The translations under genes and the position numbers were made by a program. 64,000 bases of DNA. It comes from Octopus vulgaris (Eukaryota). This document shows, in pieces, positions 1 through 12,370 of the stretch (its first letter is position 1; every line of letters starts with the position of its first letter). The notes beneath the pieces are model-generated. The model was not told the DNA's origin and did not search any database. It saw only the letters and a list, made by a program, of their open reading frames with translations. The stretch is taken from contig OX597822.1 in assembly GCA_951406725.2 (NCBI GenBank), positions 47,988,001 to 48,052,000 of the forward strand, read 5' to 3'.

Positions 1-672
1 ATTATCAAGGGAGCCTCTAGTTTGTCAGGTGGCCTGCTAAATATAACAGTTAATTGTCTCTCAACAATGTCTCTTATTCGTGCAGCTGCAATTGAGAGGC
101 GTTTCTCCTCATCACATCCAGAATCTCTGTCCCTCATTATCTTTGGTAAGTCCTCAATTTAATGTTGTGTGTGTCTGCCAATAACATGAGTAATGTTGAG
201 CCTCTGGTATAGCTTGGTGTTCAGCTTGATAGTAGGCACCTAAAAAGCCAATTTTGTACAGCAATAAAAGTAGAGATGGGTGGGATATGTTCATAAATCT
301 CTTTATTGTTCTTGTGCTCACACTGAGAGATGTTTGGAGATTTTATGAGAAGTCCGATATATATGACATCAAAGTGATCTTGAAATTCCTTCTTCCACAG
401 TCCAGGTTTGGACACTGTAGAGAAGAATGTCTGGTGTATGACCTTAAATTGCATCTAGTAGTGAGGTCCTAGTTCAGGAGTTCAGGGTTTTAAGAAGAGT
501 GGAACCTCTTAATCACTAGTTTCCAGGTCTATTCTTACCTGTCAGGGTCCCAGTTATGGGTTGGCATGTCACTGAATTGCCTCTGGAAAAAGACCACTCA
601 TAGACACCTTAACGAACCTAGACAACAATAACAATGATCACAACAACAACAACAACAGGAAGGTATGCTCAC

Positions 673-829
673 CGAGGTAGATTTTGGTGCTGTCAGTCTG
701 GCTGTCTGTCAGCAATGTACTGAGGTTGCGGTATGTGTCAATGAGCAGTTCCACTTTACTGAAGTCTCTCTCATCAAAGTAGGCATGAGTAATTAATTCC
801 AGTTTGGTCTGGATTAATCCATAAAAGGG
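673..829 (-). CDS. AVL9: AVL9 (late secretory pathway protein, DENN-like) coding exon 5; gene continues beyond window start
   Basis: Minus-strand translation PFYGLIQTKLELITHAYFDERDFSKVELL...KIYL(G) resembles AVL9. Acceptor tttctctag, donor G|gtgagc. 157 nt, phase consistent with exon 4. Confidence 0.9.
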
Positions 830-1780
830 CTAGAGAAAGGAGAAAAAGGAGACAAATAAGCATATTATCTTCATTTTCATCATTAGCTGCATTAACACAC
901 TCATCCACATCACCAAACCCTGGATATTAGTCCCAAGTCCTGACTCATCAAGTCAATTATCCTGTTTCTATGGCTGAGATCACCACCTTTTCCCCTAAAT
1001 GAGGTGCCTGGCCACAGCAGGGCTATTCATTTAGCATTGAATGAATTACAGCAATGTGAAATGAAGTGTTTTGCTCAAGGACACAATGCACAACCAGCCT
1101 GGAAAGCAAAACCACAAAAGCATGATCATTAGTGCAATGCCCAAAACCACTCGGCCATGCAGTACCATAAGCATTAAATTCAACACCATGATCGAATTTA
1201 CCAGTATCCTTCTCCTTTGTCCTCATCATTATCATCAAATTCAACATCCTCCTCCTCATTACCACTGCTGTCATTTTTAGAAATAAGTTAGCCAGAAAGG
1301 AAGGAGGAGAATGATATCCAAGACATTTGCTGACCAATCCTAGACTGGAGACATGAGAGGTTTTGCTTGAATATTTGATATCTGTAGGGGCAAAAATTTG
1401 GCCAAGTTCTGAAAGTGGGACTTTCAATGGGAGGTAGGCTTTAAAAAGAAGGATTGGAGAACAATGTTTATAATGCAGAGTTTGGGAAGTAGACACTGTA
1501 GATGATGAGAGGACAAAAGATAGACAAGAACGTGCTGGAAAATTCTAGGCTTTAAGGGTATCACAAAAGGTCTGGTTGGAGGCCCAACCTTCCGAGTTCT
1601 TTTATAGGGCTTAGATTAAAAACGAAGGACCCCTGCAATAAGTGTGAATCTGAGAAGGGAATATGCTGAATAAAATTATAATTAACTGATTCTCCTCTAT
1701 TTTCTTTTATCCAAAACCAGGAACTTTTTGGCACCCACCTCGTATGTATGTATGTATGTATGTATGTATGTATGTGTTTA

Positions 1781-2243
1781 TCATCATCATCATCATCGTT
1801 TAGCGTCCGTTTTCCATGCTAGCATGGGTTGGACGGTTCTACTGGGGTCTGTGAAGCCAGAAGGCTTCATCAGGCCCAGTCAAATCTGGCAGTGTTTCTA
1901 CGGCTGGATGCCCTTCCTAACGCCAACCACTCCGTGAGTGTAGTGGGTGCTTTTTACGTGCCACCCGCACAGGTGCCAGACAGAGCTGGCAAACGGCCAC
2001 GAACGGATGGTGCTTTTTACGTGCCACGGGCACGAGGCCAGTCGGGGCGGCGCTGGCAACGGTCGCGAAATGGAAGGTTCTCTTACATGCCACCGGCACT
2101 GGTAACACATCTGCAATTTCCATTGATCGATTTCGATTCTGATCCTCACTTGCCTCAACAGGTCTTCACAAGTAGAGTTTCGACATGCCACCGGCACTGG
2201 TAACACATCTGCAATTTCCATTGATCGATTTCGATTCTGATCC

Positions 2244-2245
<2 letters not shown>
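1781..2245 (-). mobile_element. Retroelement-derived repeat (family C, (GAT)n tail, internal GTGGCACGTAAAAAGCACC subrepeats)
   Basis: Same sequence recurs at ~10130-10423, 49040-49362, 53180-53335, 54760-55175, 55770-55965, 57990-58200, 61000-61206 and 62010-62157. It is linked to RTE-like RT remnants at 48745 and 60490. Confidence 0.75.
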
Positions 2246-2277
<32 letters not shown>

Positions 2278-2741
2278 TATATATGTATGTATGTATGGAT
2301 GGATTCAGATAAAACCTTCAGGGATGTTTGGCTTCATGACTGGCATGAACTGATTAGATTTTGGGATCGATCTGGTTGGTACCGGACAAGGATTCTGGAT
2401 TATTTTTCCTGTTTTTTTTAACTTAATTTTTGAGAGCAGTCGGGTTAATTTTTAGTATTCTCGTTTGTGAGCGCAGTTGAGTTAATTTCAGATATTCTCA
2501 TTTTTAAAATAATCTCTGGCTAATCGTTGAGAGGACGTTGGTGTTGCCTTGGCAGAGGTTTATGCTCACTGAGTGCCTCGTTTATTTTAATTTTGTTTTG
2601 CACAAATCAGAAGGTTAATGATGAATCCATTTTAATAATGCAGACCCCACCCATACCCAACTTGAAAGTCTGTATGCATACTTTTTATATTAATTTAGTG
2701 AATTATAAATTTCTGTCTGTCTTTCTGCTTCAATGACTTAC

Positions 2742-2813
2742 CAGTTTGCTAAGAACACACACGCTTTTCTGTACAGTGTTTCTGGTGACTTCCTTCGATC
2801 TGGTGATCAGGTC
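2742..2813 (-). CDS. AVL9: AVL9 coding exon 4
   Basis: DLITRSKEVTRNTVQKSVCVLSKL (conserved R.TVQKSVCVLS motif). tttctag acceptor, gtaagt donor; 72 nt, phase 0/0. Confidence 0.92.
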
Positions 2814-3234
2814 CTAGAAAGACAGAGACACACATGGGATTAGAACATGCAACTGCTGTCATCACAACTGATTATAATTATACAACATATCTTTGTCTTT
2901 TACTTGTTTCAGTCACTGGAGAGTGGCCATTGCTGGGGCACTCCAGTATTTAGTTTTCAAATCTGGTACTTATTCTTATCATTCTCTTTCGTCAAACAAG
3001 GATGCAAACGAACTAACACAGGTTGTCAACTGATGGTGGAGGGGACAAACACACAACTCAATGACACATACAAACACACACATATATATATATATATATA
3101 GTAGTCTCCTTTCAGTTTCTGTCAATCAAAAAGCCAAAAGGCATTGGTTGGTCTGAGGCTATAATACAAGACAGTTGCCCAAGATGCTGCACTGTGGAAC
3201 TGAACCCAGTACCATGGGGCTGCAAATGTGTTAA

Positions 3235-3698
3235 CCCTTTTGTTACCATATTTCTGTTGAGATATTCTGTGTTTCTTTCAATTAATTTTAAATATAACAA
3301 AGAATTTAGTAAAATAACTTAGTTATCATTAAGTTGGTGTTAGGAACATAAATTGTGATTAAGGTTTGATGGAAGATTTTAATTCAGAACTTATGAAAAC
3401 AAGACATTTGTACTATAGAGCCAGACGCAGTTATAGCTGGGTTGGTATCGAAAGGGTTAAATTAATCATTTGTTAACCCTTTTGTTACCATATTTCTGTT
3501 GAGATGCTCTGGATCTCTTTCAATTAATTTTAAATATAACAAAGAATTTAGTAAAATAACTTAGTTATCATTAAGCTAGTGTTAGGAACATAAATTGTGA
3601 CTAAGATTTAGTGAAAGATTTTAATTCAGAACTTATGAAAACAAGACATTTGTACTACAGAGCCAGAGCTGGTTTCAGCCGGGTTGGTAATGAAAGGG
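3235..3698. mobile_element. Two tandem piggyBac-like MITEs (3235-3456, 3477-3698)
   Basis: TTAA-CCCTTT...AAAGGG-TTAA termini; third copy at 55969-56190. Confidence 0.75.
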
Positions 3699-4264
3699 TT
3701 AAGTTAATCATTTGTTAAAGTGGTAAGATGGCAGACTCATTAGCATGCTGGACAAAATGCTTAGTGACATTTCTTCCAGCTTTATGTTCTGAGTTCAAAT
3801 TCAGCCAAGGCTGACTTGGGGATGGGGGGAGGGGGGGTCAACCGTTCGTGGGTTAATGTAATTGACTTCCCCAACATTGCAGGCCTTGTCTCAAAATCCA
3901 AAACCATTATTATTGTTATTATCATCCTCATTTCAATGGCAATGGCTTGGCAGAATCTAGAACATCATAGAAGTACTTTGCAGTTTTTGTTTCAAGTCTT
4001 TAAGTTTTGAGTTCAAATCCCAGTAGTAATAGTAGTAGTAGTAATAGTAGTGGTGGTGGTGGTTGTAGCTGACATAGTAGTAACTGACAACAGTAGTAGC
4101 AGTAGTGTACTACTACTGCAGCAACAATAACTACTATTAGTGATACTAGCAGTAGTTGTTGAAGTGGTGGTAATAGCAGTAGTAGTAGTAGTATCTGTTG
4201 TTGTCATTGCCAACGTGGTAGTAGTAGTTGTAATAATAAAACTTCATATTTAATAATAACTGAC

Positions 4265-4350
4265 CTTTGAGTCCATCTGCTGGTAGCAAGACACACCATA
4301 TACAGTACTGTATTCACCATCTCTGGATGGGAGATGAAAGAATATGGTAT
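4265..4350 (-). CDS. AVL9: AVL9 coding exon 3
   Basis: (D)TIFFHLPSRDGEYSTVYGVSCYQQMDSK. ttttccag acceptor, gtcagt donor; 86 nt, phase 1/0. Confidence 0.92.
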
Positions 4351-4509
4351 CTGGAAAAAAAAATAATAACAATAATATAATAATAATGGCACTCTAGGCA
4401 TAACACCAACACGAACTTCTAACTTGTTGTCTCTTGCGGTCTCTGGGTGAGACTTGGAGCCAACTTGTTGAAATGTAAAGCAAAAGTCAAACATATAATA
4501 ATAATAATA

Positions 4510-5278
4510 ATTTAAGGTGGAGTACTTGTGCAGACTGAGACTGATCCTTAAGTCGAAATTAAACAGATGGAATAAGATTGAAGCTATCAACACCTGGGCG
4601 GTTTCACTCCTTAGATAACGAGCAGGGTTAATCGCATGGACAGTAGACATACTAAACAGCTTGGACAGAAAGGCAAGGAAGTTGCTGACTAGATATGGGA
4701 TACTCCACCCAAAAAAGTGACACTGACAGACTGTATGTACCAAGGAAAAGAGAGGGAAGAGGACTGATAGGATGTGAACACAGCATTAGAGCAGAAGAAA
4801 ACAACATAGCATGGTATGTAAAAAATGCCACAGAACTGCTATTATTGGAAGTAAGAAGATCAGGCTTGTGTAGGAAGGAAGATTGCAAAGATAAAACACT
4901 GTACAAGCACTTGAAAGTGAATGAAACTGAAAATAGGTGGATAAAGAAAAGAATACATGAACAATTTCATAAGGATGTTGAAAATAAGACAGACAGAGAA
5001 AGAAAGATTGCTATGGATGACTAAAAGTGATTCAAAACTGGAAACGGAGGTTCTAATCTGTGCTGCCCAAGAGCAAGCATTAAGAACCAATTAGATTAAA
5101 TACAGAATAGACAACACATCAGAAAGTGATAAGTGCAGAATTTGTGGACAGAATAGTGAAACTGTATGGCATATTACCAGTCAATGTACGCCACTAGTCC
5201 AGAAAGAATATAAGAGATGTCATAACAATATAGCAAGGATTGTCCATTGGACACTTTGTAACAAGTATGGATTAGACC
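4510..5278 (+). mobile_element. R4/Dong-clade non-LTR retrotransposon fragment (RT C-terminus, CCHC knuckle), decayed
   Basis: DRLYVPRKREGRGL and KCRICGQNSETVWHITSQC motifs, with stops and frameshifts; begins after a (TAA)n tract. Confidence 0.75.
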
Positions 5279-6319
5279 CTGATCTGCTAAGTTATGGGGA
5301 TGCAAATATACCAACACCAGTTGTCAATGGGTAGGGGTGGGTGGGGGTGGGGGGGACAAACAAAGGCAGAAAGACACACACACACATACACGCAAACATA
5401 TACACGATGGATTTCTTTCAGTTTCTGTCTGCCAAATCCACTCTCAAGGATTTCGTCAGCCCAAGGCTATAGTAGAAGACACTTGGCCAAGGTACCACGC
5501 AGTGGGACTGAACCTGGAACCATGTGGTTGGGAAGTAAACTTCTTACCACCCAACCATATGACAGAGGGAAAGAAGCTGGTGACTTGATGTAGGGGAGAT
5601 ACATGTATACCAGAGATGGAAGAAAAAGGGGATGATGGTCAAGAGGTGTCAGACCATACCCTCAAGTCTGAGGAAAGTGAATAAAAGTGAAGTAAGTAAG
5701 TTCATAGGGGTGTGTTAGGCAAGTGACAGTTGGATTAGAGAAAAATGCAGTGAGGGGGTGAACACAGGTGAAGGTATAGCCAATTGGAAATATCAGTTGG
5801 AGGTGAAGGTGGAGGAAGGAAATGTGAGTCTAGAACAGAAATAACAATAGAAGAAGGGATTGGAGTTTTCTGGTGTAGGTTACAGCTGTGAACTCACTTT
5901 ATTTGCTGGGTCTTCTCAGTCACAGCATATCTCCAGAGGTCTCGGTCTTTTATCATTGCCTCTGTGAGGCCTAATGTTCAAAGGTCATGCTTCACCACCT
6001 CATCCCATGTTTTCCTGGGTCTCCCTCTACTATGGGATGAAGTGGAGGTTATTATCCTTCCCTCATGATACCACACTATACATTATCACAAAATTAAAAT
6101 TTCACAAGTGCATGCAAACACAAACGCCAAAATATAAGTATACAGTAGACAGATGTGCACAGATGACATAGGTTTTCATATTCATATGCAAACACATACA
6201 CACACACACAAGTATGCTTGTATATACAGACAAATATGCTAACATATAGACATACATATACATAACATGCTCACACACACACACAAACAGAGATAAAGAG
6301 AGTAAACAACTGTTCTTAC

Positions 6320-6440
6320 CTTTAGTATAATTGTGTGCTCCATCAGGGAGAGCAAGAGATGGTAGGTGGCGCCACTCATCGGGTAGTTCATGACTGTCCA
6401 CTGAGTTACCTTCAATCAGAGGTGGGTAGGAATATTCAAC
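6320..6440 (-). CDS. AVL9: AVL9 coding exon 2
   Basis: VEYSYPPLIEGNSVDSHELPDEWRHLPSLALPDGAHNYTK(D), with the hallmark LALPDGAHN motif. cag acceptor, G|gtaag donor; 121 nt. Confidence 0.95.
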
Positions 6441-7074
6441 CTGTGCAAGAATAACAAGTTAAAGGTGATGGTAAGAGTAGAGATAAACAGAAAGTATGTA
6501 TTTAGTTCCACTAAAATGAAGCCCTACCAAGGATCTTTTAAGACAAGGATTTAAACAGTTTCAGTGGTAATTACCAACTAATCAGTATTAGTTTCCTTCT
6601 TCCCAAGATGCTGAATGTAATATGAACAAGACTGTACCTAGACACAATTTATAAATAGGTTCAAGTCTAATGTGGCACCATTATATTGTACAATGGAGAA
6701 AACAAAGAACTGTATGACAAAATAGACTTGTGGGACAATGCTATAAAAGTGGATGTATAAGGAGTGAAGGGGGTGACCGAGTACATTCATTGTGTAGTGG
6801 CAGACCCAGAATATAAGTTGGAATTGAAGGACTACGAGGAAAATCATGACTATCAGTGGTGGGTCAAGAAATTGGACACCAGCTCAATGCCGAAACAAGT
6901 AAGTTTTCAGGATATTTAAAAAAAAACAATGTAAACATTCTTTGGAAGGGTGGTAATTAGCTGTCACTAAAAAGGGAAGAAAACAAAAAAAAACATTCTT
7001 TTATTCTTTTATATGTTTCAGTTGAATGACTGTGGCCATGCTGGAGCACTGCCATTGTGACCATCTTTCCACTT

Positions 7075-7330
7075 TCCACCTTTGTCGGAGCAGCTTTTGG
7101 TGAAGGATGGAGTTCGATGTTACTGCCCTCTTTTGAGTTTCTTGCCTAGATATTGGCTCATCTGGGATCTTAGTGAGCCAGAGGTCAAGTTCACGTCTAC
7201 ATCCACTCCATGGAGGCTCCTCAAATGCTTCGGCAGACAATTAAACAGCTGTAGGCCCTCAAAACCCAAGCTACTGCAGTACATCGTCCTTGCCCGAGAT
7301 GAAGCAGTCAGCACAGTGGGGACAGCACAG
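7075..7330 (-). mobile_element. 3' end of a CR1/L2-like LINE
   Basis: Frameshifted SLGFEGLQLFNCLPKHLR...ELDLWLTKIPDEP, typical of LINE ORF2 C-termini. Confidence 0.55.
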
Positions 7331-7798
7331 TGACTTCAAGGCCAATTTCATAAAATAAAGAAGCTTGCTTCCGAACCACATGGTTTCAGGTTCAGTCCTA
7401 CTGTAAGCATCTTGGGCAAGTGTCTTCCACTATAACCCCAGGCTGACCAAAGCCCTGTGAGTGGATTTGGAAGATGGAAACTGAAAGATGGCTGTTGTAT
7501 ACACGTGTGTGTGTGTGTGTATGTGTGTGCTTGCATGTATGTATTTGTATTTGTGTTTGTGTGTTTGTGCATGTGTGTGTGTATGTGTTTGTATGTGTTT
7601 GTGTATGTGTCTTTGTGTCTGAGTTTGTCCCCACAACCATTTGACAACCAGTGTTGGTGTGTTTACATCCTTGTTACTTAGCAGGTTGGCAATAGAGTAT
7701 GGCCACAGTCTCATGCACAAAGCAAGTAAAGGACAAAAGAAAACCAAGACCAAGGTTGAAGTAGGGTGAGTAGAGGCAAAGGAGTGGGGAAAGTAGAC

Positions 7799-8346
7799 CA
7801 GGGGTGGGAAACTTTTTAGTGTGGTGGCCCAAAAATTCTAATGAAGAAGGTTCACAGGCAGACCACAAGTTCTGACTCTTATATCTGTGTAAATCTTGTA
7901 TATATCTATGTATAATTCGATATACATTAATAAAGATAAGTTTAACACATTAAAATAACATGTAACATCTTCATTAACGCTGCCACTGAATTCAGGATGT
8001 TTATATTACTTATGAGGTATTCTATATTTTTCAGCTAGAGTGTAGTTGGGTCTTAAGGGGGAGGTATAAACCTAGCAATATGTGTTTTATAGAGAAAACA
8101 AAATTTTCATTCAAATGGCAATTACAGGACGATTTCTGTTCGAGTCTAACTGTTTTGAGTCGTAGTGGAAACACGATCTATGGCACAAATAGGCATATAA
8201 ATATTGTATAAATTTTATAAATGAAAAATTTATTATATTTTGCACCTATGAGCATATTGGCCTGCAGGCACAATAAAATGTGCTCGCAGGTGCAAGTGTG
8301 CTTGCAGGTGCAACTCTGCCTGCAGGCAGCGGTTTCCCCACCCCTG
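7799..8346. mobile_element. hAT-like MITE
   Basis: TIRs CAGGGGTGGGAAAC / GTTTCCCCACCCCTG; degenerate 8-bp TSD AAGTAGAC/ATCTAGAC. Confidence 0.7.
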
Positions 8347-9732
8347 ATCTAGACTGCGGTGAGAAAGAATTGAGGTTTTACAGAAGAGTTTGAGATGTTA
8401 TTGATTGAAGACATAAAAACTCAGAAAAAAATGGCTTTTTTTATGGTATCAGGTTTTGTTTGATTTCCTTTGTATATGATCAGATGAGTTATCGTGAACA
8501 ATCAGTTATATAAATAAAATATTTCCCCACACCTCTCTCCTTTGGATAATCAAGGTCCAGCTGTGATTATATATTTCATGTGCGTGTATATGTGAGTGCA
8601 CACACATACACATACAAGGGTATGATGGTGGTGTGAGAAGCTTGGGTTCAAGTTCAGTTCCTTGACATGGCACCTTCACCAAGTGTCTTACGAGAGGACT
8701 TGGGAGACAGGAACAGAAAGAAGACCCCTTTGCAGATGTGTGTGTGTGTACATAGGCAGGGATGTGTGGTGAAGAGGTTAGGGTTATATATATATATTCT
8801 CAAGACTATGGCTAGCCTGTGGTTATAGTAGAAGACACTTGCCCAAGGCACCATACAGTGGGACTGAAACCAGAATTATGTGGTTGGGAAGCAAGCTTCT
8901 TACCACACAGCCACACCTGTGTATACACACACACACACACGGATTCACTCTGTCCTATTCTCCTTTTAGTCATGAAGGTTCTTTAGCTCTGTAAGGTGTA
9001 AGATCCCATTGCTAGTGTTGGTGTTACATAAACAGTACCTGGTACACCTTGTAAAATGGTTGGTATTAGAAATGGCATCCAGCCAAGACTGAAAAACTGG
9101 AACATGAATGTGGCTCTCTGATTCATTGGTTCCTCTTGAACCATTTAACCTATGCCAGCAAGAAAAGCAGATGTAAAACGATGATAATGATGACACTCAT
9201 GTACACACACACGTACACACAATCTTAAGACTGTCGTACTAAAAAAGAATGAAGTTAATTGTTTTCGCAAGTCAATATTTCATTATTTGACTTGTTTATA
9301 ATATTTATTCATATTTATTGAAAATATAGATTTACCGAAGGCAAAAGATTAACATGGCCAAACTTATATAAACAACACTATATCTTGAAATCAAACAGAC
9401 ATATATACATACACACACATCCTAAATTGGTGACTTACATATATACAGATTGATACAAACAACCACACACATATGCACAAAACACACACACACAGAGTAT
9501 AGTTTTCTCTTTCACTTTTTGTTTCAGTCATTGGACTATGGCCATGCTGTAGGATTTAGTCAAACTTAATTTTTCTTTAAATCCGGTATTTACTGCATCA
9601 ATCTCTTTTTGCTGAAGTGCTAATGTTATGGGAATGTAAAAATGCCAACACTGGCTGATTAATTAGCAGATAATTTCAGTGATTTATTGATTGATAAGAG
9701 TTTCAAATTTTGGCACAAGGCTAATAAGCTTG

Positions 9733-9768
<36 letters not shown>

Positions 9769-11500
9769 GGGGGAATTAATACCTTTGACCCCAGTGCTCA
9801 ACAGGTACTTATTTTATTGACTCTGAAAGAATAAATGGCAAAGTTCACTTTGGCAGCATTTGAATCCAGAACTTTAAGATGAAGAAAATGCCATGAAGCA
9901 TTTTGTCCAGCATGGTAATGTTTCTACCAACTTGTTGCTTTATACGAATTGATCAATAATAGATAGCTTCTGTGATTGATTGGTAGATAGTTCCTGTGGC
10001 TATTCTGGTATCTTGGCATCTATAAATGCTTGGACATCCAAAGTGGTTTTCTTTTTTTAATTTAGCATTCAATGATTCCTCAACAGAAATAAAACTGACA
10101 GCTCCCATGCTGGTGGGATACAATAAGCACTATTGATGCGTGGGTTGTTGCCGGTGCCACCTGACTGGTTCCTTTGCCGGTAGCACGTAAAAAGCACCAT
10201 CCAAACATGGCCGATGCCAGTGCTGCCTGACTGGCTCCTGTATTGGTAGCACGTAAAAAGCACCCATTACACTCTTGGAGTGGTTGGCATTAGAAAGGGC
10301 ATCAAGCTGTAGAAACATTGCCAGATCAGATTGGAGCCTGATGTGACCTCCTGGCTTGCCAGTCCCCAGTCAAACTGTCCAACCCATGCCAGCATGGAAA
10401 GCAGATGTTAAACGATGATGATACCTTTAACATTTAAACCAGTCATATCAGGTCAAAATATTCTGCCTCTTGTATGTTCGAACTGGCCAGATCTGACCTC
10501 TCATACTTACTCTACAATGTCATTCTAAAATTAAACAATCATATCATTTAAACCTCAAAGCCACAAAAATGCACGATTACTTGAAACTAATGTGAATAAA
10601 TAAATATTATATTTGAGAGAGAAATGAGACTGCTAAAAGGTTAAATATTTGATTTTAGAAATTTTGCTCTTTTGGAAAAATGTTTAGATATGAATTGCAC
10701 ATGTCTGTGTCAAGTCTTCTGTCAATTGTACCTTTCACTGTCAACACTATTACACCAAGGAAGTGTCAACAGGCTTTCATCACAAGTCCATATCAGCACA
10801 GTAACATCAACCCTTGTACACATTAACTAAAATTCAGGAGGTGTGAAGGCTTTCAGGTCGTGCAATGAATGAAGCAATCTGTGGTGGATTCACAAGTAGC
10901 CACACACACACACACAAACACATGTATGTATATTTATAATTATATCATATGCTACATATTTATTATAGCATACCTTGATACTGTGTGGACTAAGATCCCC
11001 ATTGACAGGCTGATGGTATTTACAGAGTGTTAAACACTTTCAGTATGCAAATTAGGGACCCCTTCATAGAGTAACTGCTTAAATTTGTTGAGTATATAAA
11101 CAGTTTAGCTGCTTGTTTCTCTGGAGACTGTCAGAATGATGTGGATGGCTCTGATGTGAACCCAATAAGGTTTGAAAATTGATTAAGGTTGTTCATCATT
11201 TTGCCCTGTTTATAATTGTTACAGATTCCTGCAACCAAATCCACTCACAAAACTTTGGTGGGCCAAAGGCCTATAGTAGAAGGCACTTATTCAAGGTGCC
11301 ATGGAATGGGACCAAACTCAGAACCATGTGGTTGAGAAGCAAACATCTTACCACACAGCCATGTCCGCACCTAACTATGCTTGTTTGTTATTAAGATATA
11401 TTTATGTAAATAAGCACCAGTTGAGAACTGGGGTCAATGTAATTGGCTTATCTCCTCCCCCAAACTTGCTGGCCTTGTGCCAAAATTTGAAACAAATACA

Positions 11501-12370
11501 TATGGGGTGTGATGGGTAAATTGTTGCCATTTTATATTTTTAATTTAGTGCATGTGCATTGTTTTATTTTTGATTTTGTTGACTACATAGTACAATAGGG
11601 TCAGTTGGGCACTGTCTGTGAGAAAACAGCACCATGACACAATTCATCTACCAGAAATTTGGAAATGACGATGTACTACTTGGCATTTGCTTTGGAAGCT
11701 CCAATATGAACATTTCAGAGTATTTGGGTATCAATCTGAGGACATGTACCGAGCGTGATAAAAATCAAACATCCAGTCAACATCATGGTGTTTGGAGTGA
11801 TCACTAGTGAGGGCAATGTTATGCTTCCATTCATCCTTCCACATGGCCTCAGACTCAACATGGAGGCCTACATCAAGTACCTGGAGGAGGTAGTGCTGCT
11901 CTGGGTCATAAGGGTTGCTGCTGGAAGACCCTATGTCTGGTAACAGGACTCTGCACCATGTCACACAAGTAGGAGAACCCAGTCATAGCTGTCAGACAAT
12001 TTCTGCGACCACATCAGCCCTAACATCTGGCCACCTAACTTCTCGTCTGCAACCCCCTTAATTATTACGTGCGGAGCACAGTTGAGCAAGAGACTAACAA
12101 AAATTATAACACCAAAGATGAACTGAAGGCAAGGATTATGGCAGCATTTACCAACTTAAACAAGGAGACTGTCCAGAAGAGTTGCAAGAAATTCTAAAGT
12201 CATCTGGAGGCCATGGTTGAAGTCAATGGTGATTTTATTAAATAAATTTACTCTTTAGTATTTTGAAATATTTTAATGTAATTTTGGTAAATATATCTGT
12301 TAAAATGAGATGTCAGTGTTATTTTCATTTGCGTGTAATTTAGACGACACTTTATTCACTGCACTCTGTA
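11501..12370 (+). mobile_element. Decayed Tc1/IS630-like DNA transposon
   Basis: Transposase remnants MVFGVITSEG, YVW*QDSAPCH, WPPN..NPLNYY; degenerate terminal inverted repeats with TA ends. Confidence 0.75.

Noticed and set aside
1-672. Further AVL9 exon (expected LSPRDL...FKL.LLEK region)
   Set aside because: No matching translation with splice sites was found by eye; the next exon probably lies outside the window.
1023-1496. 157-aa minus-strand ORF as a gene
   Set aside because: Patchwork of decayed LINE-like, SINE and low-complexity sequence inside an AVL9 intron; no domain or splice support.
4204-4743. 179-aa ORF
   Set aside because: It is the antisense of a Dong-like fragment plus microsatellite. 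The real AVL9 exon 3 lies in a different frame.
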